A stretch of 64,000 nt of DNA, from contig JALHMI010000014.1 of assembly GCA_022844125.1 (NCBI GenBank), forward strand, positions 131,298 through 195,297, given 5' to 3'. The position numbers were made by a program, and so were the translations under genes. The notes below the pieces were generated by a model. That model did not search any database. It worked only from the letters and a program-made list of their open reading frames with translations, and was not told where the DNA came from. This DNA is from Pirellulales bacterium (lineage in GTDB: Bacteria; Planctomycetota; Planctomycetia; Pirellulales; PALSA-1355). Below, one piece after another: positions 58,901 through 64,000 of the stretch (positions are counted from its first letter, which is position 1; every line of letters starts with the position of its first letter).

Positions 58901-61187
58901 GACGGAGTCATTCGAGTACAGCCCCGAGGGCCAACAGACGCTGCACATCAGCTTCGAGGGCCGCTATACCAAGTTCCTGTACGACACGTTCGGCCGGCTG
59001 GAAACCAAGCAGTTCTTCGCCGACGTGACCGCCTACAATGGCAACACGCCCGAGGCGACCGTCGTTTACACCTACGACGCCTTCGGCCGCGTCGAGGAAA
59101 TCAACGATTCGGCGGCCATAACTTCCAACAAGTATGACGCCGAAGGGCGGCTCGCGCAGGTGATCTCGCCCGAGGGGATCATCAACTACGCCTACGACGC
59201 CCTGGGGCGCATGACGCGGACCTGGACCAGCACCGACTCGGCCGGCGCGAACGCGGTCACCGACACCGAGTACGGCTACGACGCCCTCGGGCGGCTGACC
59301 GGCGTGGAAGTGGTCGCCCGCGGCGGCGCGTCGGTCAGCGAGCTGACGCAGTACTTCTACGACGCCAATGGCAACCTCGACCTGGAGATTCGCCCGGGCA
59401 ACCTGGTTACCGACTACCAGTACGACGAGCTGAACCGGCTCGACCTGCAGCGAACGTTCGAGGATGAGGACGACGACGGCCAGTTTGACGTGGGCGAGCT
59501 CATTGCCGAGTTCGACTACCTGGTTGCCGACGACGGCCAGCGCGAGCAAGTGGTCGAGCGGGACGACCTGGGCAACGTCACCACGATCGACTGGGTGTAC
59601 GACGAGCTGGGCCGGCTGGTCGAAGAGAGCTTCGACTTCGACGACGTGACGAACACCCACGACTCGACGTACGACTACGTCACCCGGTACGGCTTCGACT
59701 TGGCCAGCAACCGGAAGAAGATGGTGAAGGACGGTTTCAATTCCGACGAGACCACGACTTACACCTACGATCAGAACGACCGGATCGAAACCGAGATCGT
59801 AAACTCCACTGACGACTTGCAGGACCGCAACACTCGCTACGCCTACGACGACACCGAGCAGACTAGCAAAACGGTGCGCACAGGTACGGTCATTGACAGC
59901 GGCGATCCCGTTTCCACGACGACCAATGCTTACGACGTTCGCGGCCGGCTGGAGACTGTCGTGGCCAATGACGGAACCACCGTCACCACCAGCACCTACA
60001 AGTACAACGACTTGGGCATTCGCGTCTGGCAGTCGGTGCAGGAAGGCGCCGGCACGCCGACTGAGACCGTGTTCCTCGTCGACTCCAACAACCACACGGG
60101 CTATGCCCAGGTGCTGGAGGAATGGAAGGATGCCGATCACGACGATGTGCGCGACTCGGGCGAGGTAACGACCTACACGCTGGGTCACGATGTGCTGGCC
60201 CAGCAGAATGACATCGTCGAGAGCGGCGACACGCTGCAGCTCGTCTACGACGGCCACGGCAGCACGCGGGCAGTGGTCAAGGAAACCGTGTCCGGCATCG
60301 AGGTGCTGGAGCGCTATGCCTATGACGCTTACGGCGTGATGCAGGTTTTGGGGAACGTCACGGTCGACGCCTCCACGCCCCTGACCCGGTTCCTCTACAG
60401 CGGCGAGAAGACCGACGCCACGGGCCTGCAGTACCTGCGGGCCCGCTACTACGATCCGCGCATCGGCCGCTTCACGACCCTCGATCCCTTCGCCGGCAAC
60501 GTGCAGGACCCCTTGAGCCTGCACAGGTATCTCTACACCCACGCCAACCCCATCATGGGCGTGGATCCAACGGGGATGTTTGAGGGCTTGGCTGGGATTG
60601 GAGTCGCAAACTCAATCGGCTCAATCATTAGCCAGATGAATGTATCGGTCGGACAAGGCGTCATCAGTTCACTAGGCTTTGACGGAAGTCTTGACTTTAT
60701 CGAGCAGGTGGTGTCAAAAGCTTGGTCGCTGATTCCGGATGACGTACAGGACGCGATCATTTATGCAACCAACTATGCAATCGAGCACGGAGGCTATTTG
60801 GCGGGAGCCGTCGTCGTTCTCGGTACGATACGCTATTCCCCCCAGACGCTGAGCCAAAGGCTTGGACGCTATTATGATGAGCTCAGTGATCTACTTCCCG
60901 TTAGGACGCAGTGGGGATGGACTGGCTCGTCAAGCTGGCGAGCAGCTGCGAAAGAGGTTGCAAGCGGTGGAGAAGCTGGCATACTACGAACTGTTGTGGG
61001 TAAAGTTCCTACGTTTGAAGAAGCTGTACGACTAATAAAGCGAGCAAATGGAACGATTCAGAGAGTCGAAGGGCCGCATGCTGCTGAAGGCGTTGCCGCT
61101 CATATTGACTTTCTCCATATCAACTACACGACAGCTAGCGGTAAGCGATCCCATCTAGCGATACAATCACTACCAGATAATTTATAG
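43959..61187 (+). CDS. giant (5,742-codon) surface adhesin-RHS polymorphic toxin
   Basis: Leader FQPLEERALLA. Calx-beta x2 (about 44.8-45.4 kb). Cadherin repeats (45.4-47.0 kb). Fibro-slime/PA14-like domain (47.0-47.7 kb; TVRDFHSS...HPDFQ). VWA domain (DIVFIVDESGSMQGE, about 49.9-50.6 kb). About 19 Ig/cadherin-like modules bounded by N-x-P-P-x-[IF]-x-S-x-P (49.1-55.2 kb). YD/RHS repeats (YxYDxxGRL many times, 56.0-60.5 kb). RHS core end YYDPRIGRFTTLDP...NPIMGVDPTGM. About 200-aa C-terminal tip. Confidence 0.95.
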   Translation: MLKLWKPCRSHHLQARKFRKPEFQPLEERALLAIDTHFQEGVLRITSDEVQISLLGAGSDVKVNESVPDGGRIAVSDVRVAQFSGGPETKTIDVSGISLEQFPSLRMLDFTSGVWIDPVKTEQIADEILGPGWAQQLKISDAQEFLTSGDWREPLNDGTLSKQLTAAGWGNADGLIDEIVRRTNREARVGIVPLGPLHALTLDSLFNGSLNFDKGGEGGSREPVAEPLSFGGEGDPTLHVTGGSDEEPIDAEAPIGHFTFVVHAQDLEGTSSNINTITFDWAIPDLNSSIGVTAKHSDDYTVDHSGLDPYATSGHETFYSNGTQTFVVNVWIPYDAIPEPDETLRIVVSNVTGAELVQTYAIGTIVGLPKVSISNAEVDEDTPAGEVVLTLTMDRAASDDVVVDWETEDLPSPPKAEAALDYVSTTGQVTFEAGYTVRTITVQILDDTLAETDEQFKVKLTGISANGRLSTTASENEATVTIIDGNELPTIEEQSSPFEVPELSLPHTPVGDVEAEDPEDGAKVKFEITGGNALGIFGIGSDDGKIEIIDGRLLDYEVSDTHVLEVTVTDTEGGTATRNFTILVTDLNESPILVNRTFTIAENSTVGTPVVNHGGSVASSPDDWDNVNGAVQTITYNITSGNHDNLFDLDGSILKVNNQQLLNYEALSKRILTITASDGLLTTTSLVTVTIQDVLEDPEIQDQQFELSENSPAGTPVGTVVVAFLDAGETATFSSTEVPAGFALDSSGRITLVGPLALDYEDPLYPGGREFEFTVDVYDGSAWSSAEITIKVTDANDAPIIESANSFSVDENTAHGTAVFPVVATDVDAGDTLRYSLGLYALPAPHANPFAIDPNTGQIYLQGSLDHEAVGQYTLVVDVTDRGLLRTSQIITVTIGDVNEAPRIENQTFKIGDEAIEIVENSPVGALVGRIAATDQDAGDVLTYGISSSAYSYNWNDFFIFDSTTKELFVKVGANFTAAQYKLDVTVTDDNTPALLDTALITINVENTPDTITLVATVRDFHSSKWNPPDGATTLPHPDFQMGSDSEIGRAYGLQQGLVNDQLGPDGKPVFSGIGNWINNAQSFSTWYRDDARYNRSSSLELTFNLETRESQTAYWFSDTSFFPITGKLFNVLPISDPDFEPVPTGAGIPAENFHFTLEIQAEFTYHEDDNQYLSLFESDDDLWVFINGHLVVDIGGVHGALSGDVNLNDEATAIGLVDGQTYPIDMFFAERNTDKSNLQLFTNIDSLRPRAYIIKEQTRLVSTFEHAVGGSSQLPVTIPENPQALAVDFSNLSFDVDDPNSTKDSFEIALVDSQGNSLVPTIAVGRDSFYNATEGEQPLIARGAVQQNSSTVLLDISQLTPGTVGYLVTRLVNNDGVPAGTNDGTDTSTSVMVTGSVRFLGSIPSELEAAATLPTVSPVAEVDGTVVLEAERPTSSSGGVASSSGHHWQGQSDAAAGGDAYLAALPDIGAVKAASDGPRLDYAIEFATPGTYYVWLKMRGLEKLAPPSTSYIDGAVTVGWNGTPQSTPIEAADDQWTWQSAPATITVDSAGLHTLNLWMVEDGVQVDSIVLKQATGAPTGSEPLSPPAAPWTSRPADFSALSDVSTTFDVEYGRTSYNAADKVLFANVTLTSNGRYSVRGDTAPLLVGVTNISHPLVSLLDVDGYTPDGMPYYDVSRLGFTRSDVWLKDGDRVPDLELKFSNPSGVQFDFELVVLGALNRAPQFVSEPITQVSLNSPSDYQYTLEAVDPDAAGNPSETLVYTLVHGPAGLELNDNVITWSTTEIAAAGVGAYNVLVRATDPHGAYAIDTWTINVVNVPNRPPRFTSIPVVDAYVGETYTYTLSATDDDGDTLYFERELDPGGSFTLNGNVITWVPLLSEVGTTVEIKLHVADRTSEDPDRLIDEQVFHIFVHPSPLNQNPVIISEPSYSYERPGETSSHDGDVRVDSTQGTTITIPNLAPGEVYTDKISVDVPAGFSGVNAADIVFIVDESGSMQGEHEWLAGVAELMDTELLSKGIGAVAPNRFGIVGYGEAPADLSGTGLFPHAHAIGANEHFGSAEDFAAAAGDLVTTGGVEDGWLGIDYALRTYPFREGASINIILVTDEDRDNSDGSLTYQSVLSALKAQGAILNVVARATYRHNSDVGLGVDSNGVIYLPDGTGYTTETTAQFISAYGTTKLDYVELAHATGGAAWNLQMLRDSEQMAEAFTAAFVDMKAQEIASRLGIELVVEPEDSVFVNLSGIQPGVDPSGRVYFDIQLVGDGRPHAFDIRFMEMGTGQQRGLIPVTINPDGYVYDVDAIDPDVEDELTYSFEGNHHGANIDPGTGEITWQPSADGRYAFEVLVTDGKSGEDRQKWTVTVGSNSTGNHEPVIISTPPLEGSVDRAYQYELAATDTDGDTLSYHLLATTADGMTIDRRTGVILWSSPIAGTYELNVRVADGRGGVDEQTFTLDISETEIVSNQAPLIRSTAPTTAIAEETFRYDVRAFDADGDVLTYDLIEAPEGMVIEAGSGLIVWKPRYDQLGDFSVLVRVSDGEDFDLQRFDLNVITLNEPPSFVSLPDQSAAVEAEWKYELIGDDPNGDELDFRLDRGPAGMTVELEDGKWFASWTPQSGDLGKDFYVSIIADDLRGGQTLQQFYLPVRSNLPPQFVLDPEQNLTFIFLDEAPYSVSFGVDDPDGFNEFDDIAVTARLDDVSLARGMTITQTEDEPEHTITWNPTIEGDYPVSVTIVDTSGATRTMTFMLRVAERITNKPPRITSVPTGPAYVGQQYSYELAAVDPDEDAVEFNIESGPPSLALSEVNQRWVLTWSPTDVGTYPISIAATDGKGAKFIQSFDLPVVTLPTANDPPTIQSRPTGPAFTGETWHYVIEATDPEGQPLFYSLDQDSLNRGMTISANVVSWTPADEGNFEIEVRVTDSVGQEIAQSFMLPVRELPDAPIGNLLPEITSQPRGPAYVGQPYVYQVTATDADEDEIEYRLDLASEVLGVKIDALGKLTWSPGEVGDFLITVIADDDGDPENGYTLQHFILPVLAALPAANPPIIRSLPPGPAQNQRLYEYQLDAYDPDGDRLQYVLESAPAGMTIDQNGLIRFVPSTLQPIVARVMVRDERGLGVLQEINVPVVPQTDRNDAPKITSKPRGPAAVGRAYEYQVIASDPNGDPLTYSLDGDSEARGAKISSSSGLITWKPTARGNYRFVVTVSDGSAATMQTFDLPVVDNAPPTIVSTPVQTFDLAGEDAYLYSIDVDDPNSQDESQLQYSLDPASDSIGLALVPSGPGQATLQWTDAQAEIKGPGIYHVEITVTDPAGAAYTQRFDLQVYDSADDNQLPMFTGTPRTVVQAGQLFVQQVEAFDPDGDPIEYELVSGAPPGMSISTSGLIQWQTSAEDVSATPYEYFIRIKDNRSSSFGDPEQFSLLVTLAPAPNAAPEITSTPVSGVVIGTRYTYQAVSEDPDGDAPLSWSLDKAPAGMFVDAKTGLITWTPRTRQLGTHEVILRVTDPFGASGIQTFQLVARGTNMPPQFLTTPGSIAVEGEEYVYTFSVQDLDTPLEDLVFARTVFPAGTSAVETVEEDPTLRRIRWTPGTGDAADPPQEFKLTVSDGQITTTQTFYVTVSTDLADARRAPEITSQPILRVMLGEDYEYTVVATDADGESSGLQYSVIVPTGLETEIVFDSSPNQNRLRWNNVNVSPNDYLVQVIVEDAIGLKAVQTFRIQVFTALYNAPPVITSEAPGNVLKGTLYAYDVKASDPNLASGDFLTYGVSVVSGNPVNEPTIDRYGRLRWQSSPADSGPVNFLVLVTDSFGAQDTESVAISLLTDETGPRVDVQANFESAPVGSQVTFYVDAIDNFDGRNVRELTLYVYIDADNNNAFDPSEGEAIPVGASRYITRTLSTAGAIRYYATAKDTVGNPSASLTRQVQVFNWDDPPPYVFIQSPTSDNTISRRVDVVGSVKLDTESDSESITYSVSLVSLDPAASNARIELGSFHGQRGLSSPESLGAVIDPFWLPNGSYWLVVTAFDGIAEPTTVSRQINIQTDAKLGNFSLTFTDLEVPVAGIPVTLTRTYDTFEATRDGQFGYGWKLNIANTDLQVTGASSINGFADGTLLTITMPDGSREEFVFQAQQSYGGGYIPTNIFRPTFVPKDAKTTSRLSVPSQDLYRLGAYYIDPLFGKSYDPAKWGDDYLLTTREGLKYLIDSGTGDLISITDRHGNVLNYTSAGVHDQNGVGITLEKTGGKITAVIDPNGRRITYGYDANGDLVSVTNRANEKTIYEYDLQQSGRPHFLTAIKDARGVTVARANFDPVTGQLTGLVDAADQAANFDYTRDLGGGFSLETVRSTAGRTELVRDGLGNVIRRIQLISEPTSPDPAANRYQITIFRFDDPLNPNLQTAASIPFEHVGDAGRLDVEPANLKWASRSEYDTAGNLKYTQDALGYKTEYLNYDEFGNPSVVIDALGRRTENTYFNGLLTRTKDAEGGVTELNYYLNGLVQKVTQIDANGDRIETSFVYDGSGRLIESTDPSDITRYFVYDARGNQTLSYFHWDDPAQSAGGTGLAGDEEFDLTIVTRTYYDAEDRVKGTAQYTFDYENLPNLTAADLLDDYDLTNRDWTTSTEYNTAGQMVASTDRFGVTSYSLYDVRGNVVESRTETYPVDSIPAWIVTRTVYDDSGRAIATSDPFIVTNPLSPVDPSFTPAGDELITLAVDLRVSETDYDALGRVTESRRLDGLEISIEVIDPDPESDIRIYEIDYSVRETFGVADHILARSQTIYDGRGQVAKTITYDTTHDTDPVNEILHQVWFEYDAVGRQTATIQVVDLDQDGTPEFDDPNGDGIPDGGPEFIRTATTYDRVGQQEYATDARGTVTKFLYDKTGRLTTTISDFGGRNIDMQTKYDVLGRRTDSYDALDRRTQYWYDAQGRLTEVWLPEVTTNLAESVTGMAKYQYAYDAHGNQMLIRDPMDNDLGFGSDDKETWFTYDAFGRQKTRELPNGLTESFEYSPEGQQTLHISFEGRYTKFLYDTFGRLETKQFFADVTAYNGNTPEATVVYTYDAFGRVEEINDSAAITSNKYDAEGRLAQVISPEGIINYAYDALGRMTRTWTSTDSAGANAVTDTEYGYDALGRLTGVEVVARGGASVSELTQYFYDANGNLDLEIRPGNLVTDYQYDELNRLDLQRTFEDEDDDGQFDVGELIAEFDYLVADDGQREQVVERDDLGNVTTIDWVYDELGRLVEESFDFDDVTNTHDSTYDYVTRYGFDLASNRKKMVKDGFNSDETTTYTYDQNDRIETEIVNSTDDLQDRNTRYAYDDTEQTSKTVRTGTVIDSGDPVSTTTNAYDVRGRLETVVANDGTTVTTSTYKYNDLGIRVWQSVQEGAGTPTETVFLVDSNNHTGYAQVLEEWKDADHDDVRDSGEVTTYTLGHDVLAQQNDIVESGDTLQLVYDGHGSTRAVVKETVSGIEVLERYAYDAYGVMQVLGNVTVDASTPLTRFLYSGEKTDATGLQYLRARYYDPRIGRFTTLDPFAGNVQDPLSLHRYLYTHANPIMGVDPTGMFEGLAGIGVANSIGSIISQMNVSVGQGVISSLGFDGSLDFIEQVVSKAWSLIPDDVQDAIIYATNYAIEHGGYLAGAVVVLGTIRYSPQTLSQRLGRYYDELSDLLPVRTQWGWTGSSSWRAAAKEVASGGEAGILRTVVGKVPTFEEAVRLIKRANGTIQRVEGPHAAEGVAAHIDFLHINYTTASGKRSHLAIQSLPDNL

Positions 61188-61201
61188 ATTGATATTCTCC
61201 A

Positions 61202-61543
61202 ATGTTGGACTACGACGTTCGCCGCATCGGTTCACAGATCCTTTTGGGGATCTCCGTAGAACGTGCAGTTGTCGATATGATCACCTCCGTTGTCCAGCTG
61301 CGCGACGGCATTAGCTACCTTCGTGCGGACCACAATGATTTAGATGGACTAACATTGGGTGACTTTGGCATCTACCCGGTTACCCTTAGTGTCGAATCGA
61401 ATGACTCTGCGATTATCATGGTCGATGGTCCATTCATTGAAAGTTCGCGGAACCTCTCAGCCGGGGTGTATTTCTGCAGAAGTGAACTGTTGAATGTATT
61501 GGAAATTGTGGTTGGCGAGCTCCGAGAATGCTCCGGGGCTTGA
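61202..61543 (+). CDS. candidate cognate immunity protein for the RHS C-terminal toxin
   Basis: 113-codon ORF starting 15 nt after the RHS stop. Same low-GC tract as the toxin tip. No motif recognised; the call rests on position only. Confidence 0.5.
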   Translation: MLDYDVRRIGSQILLGISVERAVVDMITSVVQLRDGISYLRADHNDLDGLTLGDFGIYPVTLSVESNDSAIIMVDGPFIESSRNLSAGVYFCRSELLNVLEIVVGELRECSGA

Positions 61544-61832
61544 CCGTGACCATGCCACTGATCCATCGCTTGACTACGACTTCGACTATCTGGCCCGAAG
61601 ACGTCCGAAACCTTCCAGACCTACACCATCCGCGGTAGGCTGAAGAGCGTGCAGACAAACGACGGCGGTGGCTAAAAGCAGGTGCTCGTCTTCCATATAA
61701 CGATGGCGACAATCCGGATCCTGCAGGGCGACACGTGACGCTACCGCAGGCAATCAAGCCCCCACACTCTGACATTCGCAAAATGGAATGGTAGAGTTGC
61801 ACTCGTGACGAACATGCGTAGAATGATCTGAA

Positions 61833-61850
61833 GCGGGCGTGTTCGCCCGC
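61833..61850. terminator. GC-rich hairpin between the RHS/immunity unit and the xis-int module
   Basis: GCGGGCG (61833-61839), loop TGTT, CGCCCGC (61844-61850). No clean U-tract on either strand. Confidence 0.3.
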
Positions 61851-61936
61851 CATCGTTGTCGATTGAAATCTCAGATCGTTCGAGTTCATCCCAAACCGGA
61901 AATATGGCCCCGGGAACTCGACGAGGCTTTGACGTA

Positions 61937-62020
61937 GGTCATTACCAGACAATGACTTCTCCCGGCTGCGGATAGGCTTCCTCTCTCCGCCCCTTGGTGA
62001 AGCTCAAGTCCTTACCAGAC
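61937..62020 (+). repeat. direct repeat GTC-N-TTACCAGAC (two copies, 70-bp spacing) upstream of the excisionase-like gene
   Basis: ggtcATTACCAGAC at 61937-61950 and agtcCTTACCAGAC at 62007-62020. The first copy lies within the palindrome GTCATT-n7-AATGAC (61938-61956). The second copy ends 16 nt before ATG 62036. Confidence 0.5.
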
Positions 62021-62035
62021 TTGTAGAGCTTCACC

Positions 62036-62293
62036 ATGCCCCCTACCAAAAAACTCAACAGCCAAAATCCGTCTCCACCGCCCGGCGTCATCTCGCGTCA
62101 TGAGATTTACACGCTAGCGGAATTTTCCCTCCGTACCGGCCTGGAAAGTTCCGCCATCCGCCAGGCCCGACGCGCCGGGCTGCGCGTGTTCTACGCGCAC
62201 GGTCGCGGATTCATTTCCGGCCAGGAATGGAACCGGTACCTTGCCACCAAACAGTCGGCACACTCGCAATCTCAGGGGTGTACTGGCTTATGA
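62036..62293 (+). CDS. excisionase/AlpA-like helix-turn-helix DNA-binding protein
   Basis: 85 codons. ISRHEIYTLAEFSLRTGLESSAIRQARRAGLRVFYAHGRGFISGQEW is a typical Xis-type wHTH. ATGA overlap with the integrase start. Confidence 0.6.
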   Translation: MPPTKKLNSQNPSPPPGVISRHEIYTLAEFSLRTGLESSAIRQARRAGLRVFYAHGRGFISGQEWNRYLATKQSAHSQSQGCTGL

Positions 62294-63483
62294 AAAACGA
62301 CAAACAACCATGGCTCGTGCAGCGGCCGGGAAGCAAAATCTGGCTCATTCGTTTCACCGACGAGTCCGGCGGAACCAGGCAGAAGTCGACCGGCACGACC
62401 AACAAGCGAGAGGCCGAAAGGCAATTGGGGGCGTTCGCGGCGGACCTCGCAGCGGAACGATACGAGACCCCTAACAATCTGACCTGGAGCGCCTTTCGCC
62501 GGAAGTACGACGAAGAGCACCTGGCCAGTTTGGCTGCGAAAACGCGACTGAAAAGCGACACGGTCCTTGACGCCGTGGAGCACATTCTAAATCCGCAGCG
62601 ACTGCGCGACTTGAAAGCGGAGCGGATCAGCAAACTTCAAGCCGAACTGCGAAAACGGGGGCTCGCCGAAAGCACGATCGCGGGGTACCTAGCTCACTTG
62701 CGAGCCGCGTTGAGTTGGGCGGTCGACATGGGACTGCTTCATCGAATTCCCACAATCCAGAAGCCCAAGCGAGCGAAAACGTCGAAGGTGATGAAGGGAC
62801 GGCCAATCACGAAGGCCGAATTCGAGCAGATGTTGGCCGCGGTTGCCGCGATCGTCGGAGAGGACGCGGCGGCATCTTGGCAACAATATCTGCGCGGCCT
62901 TTATCTTTCGGGACTTCGGCTGGCGGAATCGCTGGAGTTGTTCTGGGACAATGATGCCAAACTTTGCATCGTGCTCGAGTCGGGCGAAGCCTATGTCCGC
63001 GTGCCCGCTGAACTGGAAAAGGGGAACAAGGATCGCCTGTTGCCGCTGGCTCCGGACTTTGCCGACTTCCTTGTGAGCACTCCGGAACGCGAACGAGTCG
63101 GCCGCGTCTTCAAGCTCAAGGCGCAGAAACGTCACGGAGATCGCCTAACGGCAGACCGGGTGACCCGAATCGTGGCCGCAGTTGGCCGGAAGGCCGGAGT
63201 CCTTGTTGACCAAGGTCGCAACAAGTTTGCGTCCGCACATGATCTGCGGCGCTCGTTCGGCGAACGCTGGGCGGCGAGACTGATGCCGCAGGCTCTCATG
63301 GAATTGATGCGGCACGAATCGATCGACACGACGTTGCGGTATTACGTGGGTCGCAACGCTAAGCGCACGTCGAAGTTGATGCGCGAGGCCTACAACCAGG
63401 AGCAGCAAAACAGCGGCGAAAAGCCTCAACGTGACACTTTACGTGACACCCCCTCCCCGGAGGACGACAATGCTGAAAAATGA
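62290..63483 (+). CDS. int: tyrosine recombinase / phage-type integrase
   Basis: The N-terminal SAM-like region has a KREAERQL arm. The catalytic region has RLAESLEL..., AHDLRRSFGERW and LMRHESIDTTLRYY (R...HxxR...H...Y). Its stop lies 35 nt from the tRNA 3' end. Confidence 0.9.
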   Translation: MKNDKQPWLVQRPGSKIWLIRFTDESGGTRQKSTGTTNKREAERQLGAFAADLAAERYETPNNLTWSAFRRKYDEEHLASLAAKTRLKSDTVLDAVEHILNPQRLRDLKAERISKLQAELRKRGLAESTIAGYLAHLRAALSWAVDMGLLHRIPTIQKPKRAKTSKVMKGRPITKAEFEQMLAAVAAIVGEDAAASWQQYLRGLYLSGLRLAESLELFWDNDAKLCIVLESGEAYVRVPAELEKGNKDRLLPLAPDFADFLVSTPERERVGRVFKLKAQKRHGDRLTADRVTRIVAAVGRKAGVLVDQGRNKFASAHDLRRSFGERWAARLMPQALMELMRHESIDTTLRYYVGRNAKRTSKLMREAYNQEQQNSGEKPQRDTLRDTPSPEDDNAEK

Positions 63484-63518
63484 TCGTCGTAAGTGCCGAG
63501 ATGTGAGCACATTAGAAA

Positions 63519-63592
63519 TACGCCCGGCTGGAATCGAACCAGCAACCTGCGGATTAGAAGTCCGCTGCTCTATCCAGTTGAGCTACGGGCGC
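63519..63592 (-). tRNA. tRNA-Arg (anticodon TCT)
   Basis: The reverse complement reads GCGCCCGTAGCTCAACTGGATAGAGCAGCGGACTTCTAATCCGCAGGTTGCTGGTTCGATTCCAGCCGGGCGTA. It has a 7-bp acceptor stem (G1-U72 wobble), a D-loop AGCTCAACTGGATAGAGC, an anticodon stem GCGGA/TCCGC with loop CTTCTAA, and a T-arm GCTGGTTCGATTCCAGC. CCA is not encoded. Confidence 0.9.
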
Positions 63593-64000
63593 TTGGGTAT
63601 CGTCTCGGGGCCAGCCGCTCGCATTGATCGCTTGGGCATGGGGCGCCTGGCAACGGATCAGGGGAACCTGGTCGTTCCGAATGCAGGCCGATCGGAAACT
63701 GGGCGAATGCGCTGGCCGCCGCGAAACTCTACTCTTCAGAGTCTAGCAGCGCTCGGCAATCGCAGAAAGACGTGCAGTCTCTTGCCGGCCCTTGAACCTA
63801 TCGGGCGCTGGTTGCTTGACTACCTGCGCCACGAAAAGACCGTCTATCGGGCCCGTTGGCGGCGGCGGCGATCCAATTCTCGCCCCGAACACACATTCCA
63901 CTGGACAAGCACCCGCGGGGGGATCATGGTTGAGGGGAGTTTTTCACGCCGATCGTTCGACGCACGCGCAGGCAAGGATGCGCCCCAAGCCCCCAGAGTG

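Noticed and set aside
61434-61952. 172-codon minus-strand ORF between the immunity candidate and xis
   Set aside because: It overlaps the immunity ORF, has an Arg/Ser-rich composition and no motif. The region is better explained as intergenic, containing a hairpin and direct repeats.
1-64000. Scan for CRISPR arrays, rRNA, IS transposases, reverse transcriptases, methyltransferases and secretion-system genes
   Set aside because: I saw no regularly spaced short direct repeats and no motifs of these families in any listed ORF. This absence is by eye only and should be confirmed with dedicated tools.

Overview
This 64-kb window has moderately high GC. Its gene content looks like a Planctomycetota (Pirellulales-like) chromosome. 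That call is inference from three things: a TIGR02999/PF07638-type ECF sigma factor, a Ser/Thr kinase fused to P-loop, HEAT-like and FGE-sulfatase modules, and a giant surface protein with an N-terminal 'PLEERALLA' leader. At the right end, a tRNA-Arg(TCT) (63519-63592, minus) has its 3' end facing a tyrosine integrase and an excisionase-like HTH gene, so at least part of the window is an integrated element. I could not find the second att copy. Layout: (i) 0.7-9.1 kb is a plasmid/ICE-like block with DUF932, a Cas4-like PD-(D/E)XK nuclease and a WYL regulator. (ii) 9.4-19.2 kb is a decayed phage-like block: a frameshifted terS-like gene, an HExxH protein, a terL with no canonical start codon, an HNH gene, an AP2 gene and a chain of tiny overlapping genes. 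A lower-GC TIR-like/HEPN-like gene pair and two orphan genes sit where portal/head genes would be expected. (iii) 20.0-24.0 kb holds a five-gene overlapping operon that ends in a Zn-ribbon PD-(D/E)XK-like protein, a convergent paralogue, and an HTH-only paralogue of the WYL regulator. (iv) 24.2-33.8 kb is a minus-strand block: two membrane proteins, a lipase-like alpha/beta hydrolase, a leaderless papain-like peptidase, a secreted protein with a tenfold Cys/His repeat, and a secreted EEP nuclease. (v) 33.8-43.7 kb carries the kinase, a GT2, the ECF sigma factor, and a GNAT-like plus PaaK-like ligase pair. (vi) 43.96-61.19 kb is a single 5,742-codon adhesin-RHS polymorphic toxin with a downstream immunity candidate. 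I recognised no rRNA, CRISPR array or transposase. The best candidates for an undescribed system are the TIR-like/HEPN-like pair (13.26-15.89 kb), the overlapping membrane-to-nuclease operon (20.0-22.6 kb) and the peptidase/hydrolase/membrane operon (24.2-29.7 kb). All family assignments come from motif reading by eye. No database search was run.
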